Below are positions 35,399-44,680 of a DNA stretch of 64,000 bases, piece by piece. Made by a program: the position numbers and the translations under genes. The notes beneath the pieces are model-generated. The model worked only from the letters and a program-made list of their open reading frames with translations, was not told where the DNA came from and ran no database searches. The stretch's first letter is position 1. The number at the start of each line of letters is the position of its first letter. This DNA is from an uncultured bacterium (GTDB taxonomy: Bacteria; Patescibacteriota; Gracilibacteria; Absconditabacterales; Absconditicoccaceae): positions 39,962 to 103,961 of the forward strand of contig CAUSGX010000001.1 in NCBI GenBank assembly GCA_963531535.1. Reading direction: 5' to 3'.

Positions 35399-36007
35399 AT
35401 GAAAAAAATAAAAATCCTGACTATTTGATTATTATCACTTTGATTGCTCGGAAACATTTTTCTTATAGTAAGTGCACAAGGGAACAAGAAACCAGACTAT
35501 ACAGAACTAAATAAGAAAATAAGTGAAGCGGGGAAACAGGCATACGAAGAAATAAAAAACAAACAAGCAAATGATGTCCAAAGGAATATCGATCAAACAG
35601 CAAAAGCGGAACAAGATAAAGCAAATAAAACAATATCAAAAGAAGCAGAAAAAAACAGAGAGAAACTTGAAGAAGCTGAAAGGAACAGATGTAAATGAAT
35701 AAAACTCAATACAGATTTTCCGTTCGTAGGAAAATGTATCGGTTACGAAACAGATGGAACGAAAACGAATCAAATAAATGTCTTCCCTAAAATGATTAGA
35801 TCACTTATGAAACTCACAATCTCAATCATCATGTTAATGTCATTCTTAATCATCGTGATCTCCGGAGTTATGATTACTTCAAGCGGATACGATGGAGGAA
35901 ACTACAAGGAAGGAATTGAGAATATCAAAAAAGTAGCTATTGGACTCGCTCTCCTTGGAGCATCCGGAGTTATTCTAAAACTCATCAATCCGAACTTTTT
36001 TACTTAG
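35399..36007 (+). CDS. VirB2/TrbC-like pilin paralog with coiled-coil insert
   Basis: ATG 35399 to TAG 36005-36007, 202 aa. Signal peptide, Lys/Glu-rich segment, LNTDFPFVGKCI motif, then a two-TM pilin-like core. Confidence 0.5.
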
Positions 36008-36096
36008 TTGTCCTTGCAATAAGCGACCAAACTCCTATACTAGCACAAGTAAAAACAAGAAAAAATCTGACTTTTTTATCTTACAACTAGTAAACT

Positions 36097-36501
36097 ATGG
36101 GAGTACAAATCAGAATTGATGGAGGATATCAAATTGAGAAGGAACTTTTCTTTTGATATACCTATACACATACAGGATTGATCAACCTTTCTTCTGAACT
36201 CGGCGAAGCCATGAGATACAATGAACCCGAAATCATTATCATTGATTATCCAGGAGAGTATGATGTTAAATGACGATTTATCAAAGCAGTGCTAGGAAAA
36301 AATAATAAGCTCAACTATCTCATTCAATGAAAAAATAAAAAATTCTGAATCATTCAATCAGCGGATGTCCTAGAACTTGATGAAGTTTGAGGAATGGATA
36401 CTTGGCTTTACCTCTGAGAAAATAATGAAAAAAAATTTGAACAACTAGGAATGGGTGGAGATCTTATCAATCTTGAAACTATTGAAAAAGAGTCAGCATA
36501 A
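36097..36501 (+). CDS. hypothetical protein, 134 aa
   Basis: ATG 36097 to TAA 36499-36501. About 8 TGA. No recognisable domain. Confidence 0.5.
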
Positions 36502-36516
36502 AGCTGACTTTTTTTG
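36491..36516 (+). terminator. intrinsic terminator
   Basis: AGTCAGC / GCTGACT stem followed by a T-run. It overlaps the stop codon. Confidence 0.65.
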
Positions 36517-36588
36517 TTTGTGCACAAAATTCATCATTACGAAGACAATGACGGAATCTAGATAGTCCTAGATAACTGAAACTTCCCT

Positions 36589-37518
36589 CTACAATCACCA
36601 ATACTTCGCTAATTCTCCAATCTTTGTCGTGGGGAATACACGGATCGTTGGAATCTCAAACCTCTTTGCAAAACGGAAGAGATCACCTCACTTCGTGCTA
36701 CGTGCAAACAGATACTCCTTCTCTACCTCTCTCAAAACACGAGCATCATACCTCCCCATCGGATAGCAAAAACTAATAATCGGCAATCCAAGCTTAGCCT
36801 CAAGTTGTTTTTTTGAATCAACCACTTCATGACGAACCCCAGAGAGAGAAAGTGTAGAAATTGCATAATGATTAACAGAATGTGATCAGATTTCTGAGCC
36901 TTGTTCAGCTATTTTGCGAATCTCATCCCAAGTCACAAATAGCGGATCCGTATCAGCTTTCCCAGAAATGATAAAAAATACAGCTTTGAGATTATACTTC
37001 TTGAGAAGAGGCAAAACCGTAGTATAATGCTCACGATGTCCATCATCAAAAGTCAGTATCACAGCCCTCTCTGGCAATAGCATCTTCCCTTCCAAAATCG
37101 CCTTCATATCCCAGAAAGTCAGCGTTTTTATATTATTCTTATCTAAATACTCAAAAAGCGCCTCAAGTTTCTGTGGAGCATAAGAAAGTTTGTATCAAAG
37201 CTGATCATCAGTATTTGAGGGAATATCTTTGATATAATGAAACATCAAAATCGGAATTCTGAATTTCGCCTTTTTCATCTCTGGAGTAATCTGAAATTTC
37301 GCTTCATCAAAGCTAGGAAAATGCATTCAAGAAAATTGACCTCAGCTCAATGTATTTACTCCAGAGAAATCTAGCTTCTGATCTATATCATTCTCATTTC
37401 AGCTTCCTCAGTCCATCTCAAATTTCAGCAAAAGAAAAAAGCTGAACGCAATTAGCAGTCCACTCACCATCAAGAGAAAAATCGCACGAAAATTTTTAGA
37501 AAATCAAAAAAAAACCAT
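36589..37518 (-). CDS. polysaccharide deacetylase (NodB domain), membrane anchored
   Basis: ATG 37518 to TAG 36589-36591, 309 aa. N-terminal TM, TFDDGHREHY, -G-SHSVNH, FCYPMGRYD. Confidence 0.85.
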
Positions 37519-37523
37519 TCTAA

Positions 37524-38240
37524 CTACACCATCATAAACCAAAGAGAAGTCGAACACTCCTCATCAAGCCCAAGATCCCCAGTATTGATCAAATGTTCAA
37601 TTTCCTGATTACCTTGCCTCTGCGCTAGTAAACTACTCAAACATGCCAAAGCTGGATAATCATGTTGCTGCTTCTCAGTCATTGACTGATGTTTACACGA
37701 GGCGATCAACTGAGCTGTCTTCTCCTTACAAGATTCCATAGAAAGACCAGCATAACAATCATTCATCACCATCAGAGAATATCACTGTTCCAAAAGTGGC
37801 TTAATACGCTCCAATAAAGAACAGATTTTTGCTCCTGTCTTTACAAATATCACTACATGCTCCTGATGCATATTGATCACTGCCAAATATGCAAACAGCT
37901 TATCCAAATAAGGATAAAAATTCTGATCAGTTTCCTCTAGTTGAAGTTTACGAACAGCAGACAAATCTTCAGAATTTTGATTCCACACCCTACCAAAATG
38001 AGGTCAAATCTGGCCTGTATACACCATAGCATCATGAGGCAGCTCCTCCACTTGCACCAAAAAGATAATCGGTTTATGCTGATCAAAAGCCAATAATGCA
38101 CTCGCCAAAAAAAGCGAAGTATGAAATTCTAACACACCAGGGCACACCCCATAACGCAAATCCCTCTGTGGCAATCAAATCAATTCCTGTGCAGAAACCG
38201 TATTAACCATAATTTCATCAAGTAGCTGTTCATAATTCAT
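37524..38240 (-). CDS. hypothetical Cys-rich protein, 238 aa
   Basis: ATG 38240 to TAG 37524-37526. Three track pieces share one frame and are joined by TGA. The stop is 5 nt upstream of the deacetylase start. No recognisable domain. Confidence 0.55.
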
Positions 38241-38284
38241 CCTAGATACAAGCTTGTGATATGTAAAAAAGTTTTTTGTTTTTT

Positions 38285-38821
38285 CTAATGCGTATTATAA
38301 TGCCTCATTACCTGAAGTACAAACCTATCTGCTAATCTATACCTCTTCTCTCGTTCATCAGCCCCCATAAATACAACTGAGACTGACTCTATTCGATACT
38401 CTCTAAAGATCTCACTAATCGCAGTTTTCAAGGCATCAATATTTCATTTTTTCTCCTCATCATAAATCAGGATAATATCCATTCCAATTGGCTTTCCAAA
38501 CTTATCTCCCCAAAAATACTGCAAAATTCGTTCTCCCTGCTCTTGGAACTTATCAATCAACTGCTGTTTTAATGCCAAAAAAAATAACTCTTTAAGTAGA
38601 GATCAAAATTCGCTTCTTAAACTAATTGACCGTCCAGTAGACTCCTTAAGGATACTAATCAACTGAGCCTCCTCCAAAACATCAACCTGTTTTTTAATCG
38701 CCGGGAAAGTCCATCAGAGATCCGTCTCTAATGCTCTCATAGATACTCATTGTCTCCTAAAAATCAGATATTTGAGTATGTCGACCTTGGTTTTGCTTCA
38801 AAAGAGTTTTTCCAAATTCAT
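38285..38821 (-). CDS. winged-helix (ArsR-like) protein with degenerate nucleotidyltransferase-like C-domain
   Basis: ATG 38821 (inside repeat copy A) to TAG 38285-38287, 178 aa. wHTH pattern: LFGSKTKVDILKYLIFRRQGVSMRALETDLGWTFPAIKKQVDVLEEAQLI. Confidence 0.55.
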
Positions 38822-38997
38822 CTACCCGATCTATGGGCTAATAAAAGTCGCCTCCGTTTTATAGTTTTTGAGTAAAAATGCAAGTCTGATTTTAGTTTTT
38901 TTGAAAGGGGAAAAAGAAAAAACTGACTTCATCAAGGGAAATCAGTTTTCTTCTCTAGAAAAAGAAAGGACAAGAAAGAGATATCTGAACACCTCTT
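38781..38997. repeat. direct repeat copy A (about 217 bp)
   Basis: About 94% identical to 40289-40504. Contains the wHTH gene's first 13 codons, its upstream region and a terminator-like hairpin. Confidence 0.9.
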
Positions 38998-39011
38998 TTT
39001 TTAAATTGTAA

Positions 39012-39986
39012 CTAAAAACTATCAATATCTATTACAGAGAAAAGCCCATACATAAGTTCAGGTCTATTTGTACAAATCGAATAATACTTATCAGTCTGCT
39101 TCTTAAATTGGAGCAAAAGACAATTCTCAAAAGCTCAGATTTTCACTTCTTTCTTTGCTAGTAACTCTTGAATTCCTTTTCAAAAGCCTCGAGGGAAAGA
39201 ACGCATAGCACTAGTGTCTCAAGTATATTGTGCAGTGAAATGAGGATTGATATATTCTGCTACACTGAGTCCCCAATATCTTGAATAGGTATAATAATTT
39301 CAATTATCATCAATATGAAAATAAGGATCGGTCAAAACAGCTCAAGAGTGTAGCTCTGTAACAAATTGCTCAAAGGTCCTCCCACTCTTGAGTTGAGATT
39401 GGCGTATTCTAATGGTTTGAACATTACCTATCGCATCTATTGAATTTTGAACAATCAAAGTAGAGGGAGAATTCTCTAAAAGAGCAAACTTCTGAAATTT
39501 AATACCTGGCAGAGGCTGAGAAGATGGCATCAGAAGTGAAAGATTATCAAATCTAGGAATAGAAAAGATTCAATACTGATATCCATCAGTCGTGGAGAGA
39601 TTAGAAGTCTCTAATCTTAATTGTTTTACTGGAAGTGCATTTTCTCCTAAAATACGATTCACACGCTCCTGAAAAGATAGTTTTCAAATTTCAGTAACAG
39701 CATATCAACCAGCCTTAACCTCTTTTCGTTTGTCCTCAAGATTAGGGAAATCCTCTCTCAAAAAAGCCGAACACTTTTCTTGTATATTTTTATGCATTTG
39801 AGATTGCTCGCAAGCAAGAAATAATGATTTAACTTCCGCCAAAACCTCTTTACCTGTTTTTGTTTGCGTCTGCTTTTCTAATACTTTCTCAACAAGTGAC
39901 CTCAAGTTTTGCTCTTGCATAGCATAAATTGAAGAAAAAATAGAAAATAAAAATAGCAAAGCAAATAAAAAATATAACTTTTTCAT
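39012..39986 (-). CDS. secreted hypothetical protein, 324 aa
   Basis: ATG 39986 to TAG 39012-39014. Signal peptide MKKLYFLFALLFLFSIFSSIYA. Track ORFs 39705-39986 and 39342-39530 share one frame, joined by TGA. Confidence 0.6.
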
Positions 39987-40073
39987 TTTTTATCTCATAG
40001 TAAAATAAAATAACGAAGATAAGAGAGGGGGATTCTCTCTCTTATTTTGAGTTCTAGACAGTTACCAAACCAC

Positions 40074-40288
40074 CTATAAGCTACCAGGAAATGCATCCAT
40101 ATAGGCTACATTTGCAACACCATAATTAGATAGATCAGTAGCTTTTCAGAAGAATTCAGTATAAGGAATTCAATAGAAAGCATTATTACCGAACTGCTGA
40201 GCTGGAATAAAATTTGTATTTGTCACAACAGCTTTTCCATCCCTTGATTCCCAAATAATAATACCCTCTGCACGATATGTTCCACCAT
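40074..40288 (-). pseudogene. 3' remnant (about 71 codons) of a gene truncated at repeat copy B
   Basis: Protein-like frame ...NGGTYRAEGIIIWESRDGKAVVTNTNFIPAQQFGNNAFY-G-IPYTEFF-G-KATDLSNYGVANVAYMDAFPGSL ends at TAG 40074-40076 and has its own terminator hairpin. No in-frame ATG upstream. The frame runs into the repeat. Confidence 0.4.
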
Positions 40289-40504
40289 TCGACCTTAGTT
40301 TTGCTTCAAAAGAGTTTTTCCAGATTCATCTACCCGATCTATGGGCTAATAAAAGTCGCCTCCGTTTTATAGTTTTTGAGTAAAAATGCAAGTCTGATTT
40401 AGTTTTTTTGAAAGGGAAAAAAGGGAAAACTGACTTTATCAAAGAAAATCAGTTTTCTTCTCCAGAGAAAGAAAGGACAAGAAAGAGAAATCTGAACACC
40501 TCTT
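40289..40504. repeat. direct repeat copy B (about 216 bp)
   Basis: About 94% identical to 38781-38997. Confidence 0.9.
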
Positions 40505-40594
40505 CTTTTTATCAATAAATACTTTCTCTTGATTTACTTTCTAAACTTAGTATCTTTTGATTATACTTGTTTTATTTCATATGAGAGAAAAAAG

Positions 40595-41713
40595 ATGAAA
40601 AAAAAGCTTCTCATTTTTTGAACCATCGCTTTGACAAGTATCGGTATCTTCTCGCTCTCAATATCAGCAGACAAGACTGAGAATTTAACCGAGAAGTTCA
40701 CAACACTGAGTAGAGAAATCGTCAATCAAAATCTCTATGTCCCAGAAACTCTAGAAAATCTAAAGAAAATGTTCACTAGTTGTGCTGAGTCAGCCGAGAA
40801 GGCAGAGGTAAAAACTGCTTGTCAGGAGCGACTAGCCAACTACCCAAAGCTAAGGTCTGAGTTCCTCCCGACCAAGCTTGAAGTCGCTCTCAATACAGGA
40901 GATGTCCAGCTTAAGAAGCTAGGAGAAGTCGTCTTTGATATGTGACCTTGTTGATGAATCTGAGTAACTACTTGTACAGAAACAGGAGATGAGTATGAAG
41001 TTAACATACCAAAGTATGATTTCACCTTTAGATTTCCACTAGAGAAAGACAAGCATAACGAACAGGCTCTCAAAGAACGAAACTGGGTGCAGTCAGGAAA
41101 TATTGCTATTCCCTCAGAAGCTCTCTGACGACATTCTCAAAATCCTTGGCTAAAAGACAAGCATTTGGTTAGTAATCTTATAGGCTTCTACTCAATACCT
41201 GAATTTACTGGAGATGCTATTCTCACAAAGGTTGGAGAAGAATATAGAAAGGTCTATCAAGAAGTCTATCGCCTGAGGGATTGGAGAAACTTTATGAAAA
41301 TCCTCGTCAAAAATAGAGAGGAAATGATAAGAAATAAACTCACTGGAGACGAACTCAGGAACTGGGAAGAAAAGACAAAATATGTTATTAGTGGAGGAAA
41401 TTTACCTCTAATGACATATTATGAGGGACAATCCTATTTTAATGTAGAATGAACCGCTCCTATTTATTGAATACATCAATCTGTTGATATTTGCCGATTT
41501 GACGCCGAAAATGCCTATCAGAATGATGATATTGTAGATGCTTGATGGGTTCCATTGCCTAATTGTAAAAGAGAACAAGAACTAAAGTGGTGAAGCTATC
41601 AACCATATATATATTACCCTCTCATTTTCCGAGAAACAGAACACCCTCAAGTAATAAAAGTTCGAATAAACTATGGAACCCCTCCAGCAAATTGAAGGCG
41701 AATCCATAAATAA
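40595..41713 (+). CDS. secreted hypothetical protein, 372 aa
   Basis: ATG 40595 to TAA 41711-41713. Signal peptide. About 12 TGA, including a TGA-TGA pair. The N-terminal Cys-containing helix pattern resembles that of the 39012-39986 product. Confidence 0.65.
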
Positions 41714-41728
41714 TGCATTAGGTAAAAA

Positions 41729-41756
41729 AGACTAGAGAAATCTCTAGTCTTTTTTC
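41729..41756 (+). terminator. intrinsic terminator
   Basis: GACTAGAG / CTCTAGTC stem followed by a T-run. Confidence 0.7.
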
Positions 41757-41839
41757 GGTTAATTTTACCAATGTAGAACATTAACCGTTTTTCCATCACT
41801 GGAAGCACTTTTAGCCATACTTACGATAACCGAAAAATA

Positions 41840-41948
41840 GTCATTGTGAGCGTCCGCAAAGCGGTTGCTTCGCAATCCAGAGAGAAGTCAGACCTGTTCA
41901 CTCCATATCTGGATCGCCACGGCTCACATTCGTGAGCCTCGCGATGAC
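41840..41948 (+). ncRNA. candidate structured RNA / palindromic element (unclassified)
   Basis: GC-rich island in AT-rich spacer. Hairpins: CCGC-AAA-GCGG (41854-41864) and GGCTCAC-ATTC-GTGAGCC (41921-41938). An 11-bp closing helix 41840-41850/41938-41948 needs 2 G-U pairs that are valid only on the + strand. Confidence 0.3.
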
Positions 41949-42036
41949 CAAATATCATTACGACCATCAGCAAAGAGATATTCACAAAACAGCAAGACCG
42001 AGAAAGCATTAACAATCACAAAATCCCCTCAAAAAT

Positions 42037-42064
42037 TTGCAAAAAAACACTTTATGACTATACT
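42037..42064 (+). promoter_or_regulatory. sigma70-like promoter
   Basis: TTGCAA 42037-42042, 16-nt spacer, TATACT 42059-42064, upstream of ATG 42097. Confidence 0.4.
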
Positions 42065-42096
42065 TAGAGTGAGTTTATTCTATCAAACAAAACATA

Positions 42097-42594
42097 ATGC
42101 TCAAAAGACTTTTTCAAATCAGTATTTTACTTCTTTTCATTTCAGCTGGGGCAATCTCATCGGCAAACGATAGCATTGCTAACCCCAAGTTTGATATCTT
42201 CACGACTGATCAAAAGAAAATCATCAATGATATCTGAAAAGAGAATGCTCTAAGAGAGTGAGCCTATAGTGCAATCCATGCAGACAATCAAAAAATCAAA
42301 AATCTGATCGATAGCAATGATCAAATCAAAACCCAGAAGGATGCCGAAAAAAAGACTTTCAAGCTCGTCTGGAGACTCATAAATTATGCACTCGGACTCA
42401 TTTCACTAATCTCCCTAATAATCCTCATTGTCGCTGGAGTTCAGATGGCTACCGCAGCAGGAGATGACAAGAAATTCTGAGCGGGAAAGGCTTCACTCCT
42501 CAAGATCGCAAAAGCCATCTGAGGAATAGCGATATCATGGCTCATCATCAGTATGATATTCTGGATCATTGATGTAATCACAAAAAACATATAA
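42097..42594 (+). CDS. VirB2/TrbC-like pilin paralog
   Basis: ATG 42097 to TAA 42592-42594, 165 aa. Signal peptide, then LISLISLIILIVAGVQMATAAGDDKKF-G-AGK...ISWLIISMIFWII, closely matching the 19257-20605 paralog cores. Confidence 0.6.
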
Positions 42595-42632
42595 TCAAAA
42601 AGCTGACTTTACCTCATTAAACAAAACAGAGA

Positions 42633-43166
42633 ATGAAATCTAGTTGGAAACTCCTCCTTATCTGCCTAGGAGCCTGAAGTATACTTCTAAGCTGGGGAAC
42701 TCATGCCTCAAATACTACCCCTGGGAATGAATTCTATTATAGCGATGATAATGGGAGAAGCTCCTATATAGGAAACGAAATCGACACAAACTATGGGAAG
42801 CTCATCACAACCGATGCAGTAAAAAAGAATAATAATCTTCTCATAAGACTAATGACTGAAGCCTTCAACCTTGATATCATAAATAAATACAAGGGGCCTC
42901 AAAAAGCATTTGCTTACATCAAATTTATTATTTCTTACGCACTTGCATTTGTGAGCTTTGTCGCATTTCTACTACTATTATACGGATTCTATATGATGCT
43001 CATTGGTGATGGAGAAAAAGGGCGAGACAAAGTCAAATCTACCCTCAAAGGAATCGTCATTGCTATCATTGCAATGTCACTCTCATGGCTTATTGTCTCA
43101 GCACTATTCTGGATCTATGAAAACCCAGCTCAAAAAGATTCACCAACAACTCAATCCCGTCCATAA
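42633..43166 (+). CDS. VirB2/TrbC-like pilin paralog
   Basis: ATG 42633 to TAA 43164-43166, 177 aa. Signal peptide, then FVSFVAFLLLLYGFYMMLIGDGEKGRDK...AMSLSWLIVSALFWI. Confidence 0.55.
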
Positions 43167-43212
43167 AAAAACAAAAAAATCTGACTTTTTACTTCTTGTT
43201 TAATACATAGGT

Positions 43213-43920
43213 ATGCTCTTTGACAACCTTCAAAATAAACAAATCCAAAAAGGGAAACAAGAATCTCAGTTTAATACTGAGACAATGCTTCCTATTTCTG
43301 AAATCAAAGATGGTTACTGCATTCTCAAAGACGGAGGGATCAGAGCAATTCTTAGGGCTGATGGTATCAATCTTGACCTCAAAAACTTTGATGAAATCCA
43401 AACCATCCTAGAACAATACAAGAGATTTCTTAATGGACTTGAATTTCCTCTACAATTTCTAGTCAGAAACACCTATCTAGACCTCAGAGAATATCTCCAG
43501 TATGTTTCAAGAAATATTGACCAGCTAGATCCCTGAGCCCTCAAACAACAAGGCCAATCTTATCTCAGCTTTTTGGAAGATATCAATATGAAACAAGGGC
43601 TCATCTTCGTAAAAGAATTTTATGTGGTTGTCCCTTACTATGTCAATGAGCAGGACACTGATCAAATCAAAAAACCATGGCGAAGCAAATTCATGGATAC
43701 CCTCAATGCAAAGGATGATGTAGAAACTATCGTTTCAAGATATAGAAACTTTGTCAAAGGACAAAAAATGCTCAATACCAGAATAGCCCTCATCCAAGAA
43801 GGACTTGCAGGACTCGGTATTCGTACTACTCAGCTCAATACCAAGGATGTTATCTCGCTCCTCTTTTCAGTATACAACCCACTTCTAGACTCCACTCAAG
43901 CTCAGCGAGAAGAAAAATAA
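43213..43920 (+). CDS. VirB4/PrgJ N-terminal-domain-like protein (no ATPase domain)
   Basis: ATG 43213 to TAA 43918-43920, 235 aa. LPISEIKDGYCILKDGGIRAILRADGINLDLKNFDEIQTILEQYKRFLNGLEFPLQFLV matches the N-terminal pattern of Gram-positive VirB4-like ATPases. No Walker motifs. The next gene is convergent. Confidence 0.4.
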
Positions 43921-43954
43921 GAAACATAAAAAAAAGCAAAAAAACTGACTGAAA

Positions 43955-44659
43955 CTAGGACTTTTTGGTTCTAGTTTTTTGTTTTTTAGGCTTAAAGTGC
44001 TGATCTGCGAGCTGAGCAATATTAAAACATAACTCAGAAAGTAAATATAACTGATGCCAACTCACCAATTTCTCGAGCTGAAGATCAGGCTTTAATTTTT
44101 TAAAATCAATAGAAAGCTGAATTCAGTATTCTAAACTCCCCTTTCGCTGAGCAACATACTCTGAATAATGAAAATCCAAGGTTATCTTTGCCGAACCATT
44201 CAGCTTTTGAACTCTTTGCACCTTAGGAGAGAGAATAAAATCCCTCTGTACCTCATAATCTTCAAGTTTAAGCTTAAGACTTGAGGTAGTAGTATGATTC
44301 AGTACATTCCTCAAAAACCTGATTAACTGCTCAAATGGGAAATACTGATCTTGGAGCAAATCCTTGAGATATTCACGAAAATTCGCATCATTTTCGATCA
44401 TTTCCCTCATCACCGAGAAAATTCCCCTAAACGCGCTAATCTCAGTCAAATAGCCATAAACATTCCTCTGCTCCTGATGCCCATAAAAAGAAGTAAAGAG
44501 CCTCTTAAGCATACGTTCCTTGAGCATAAATGAGGTAGTTTTCCCTGTTCTAAGTGGATAATCCATCGCCAAATCAGACAAATCATTGGTCAACATGAGC
44601 TGCTCCATAAACTTTCCCAGCATGAGAAAGTGATAATACCCCTGAATCAATCTAAGCAT
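43955..44659 (-). CDS. HEPN-motif (Abi-like) protein
   Basis: ATG 44659 (or GTG 44668) to TAG 43955-43957, including the read-through of TGA 44123-44125. RFLRNVLNH fits the Rx4-6H HEPN signature, as in the Abi_2 family. The start lies about 12-22 nt downstream of the DUF4012 gene stop. Confidence 0.45.
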
Positions 44660-44680
44660 CTTTCTCACAAAAAATATAAA

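Noticed and set aside
41850-41866. The CGTCCGCAAAGCGG segment as a c-di-GMP-I (GEMM) riboswitch, given the conserved ACGCAAAGC-like core.
   Set aside because: The other GEMM hallmarks that I recall (a GGCAAA-containing P1, tetraloop/receptor pair and 3' GCCGGGTTRCC-like segment) are absent. The element also lies upstream of the predicted promoter rather than in a 5' UTR.
41821-42173. Track ORFs 41821-42015 (minus) and 41865-42173 (plus) as protein-coding genes.
   Set aside because: They span the GC-rich palindromic element and the promoter of the next gene. Their translations look like artefacts of hairpin sequence, and neither has a plausible start context.
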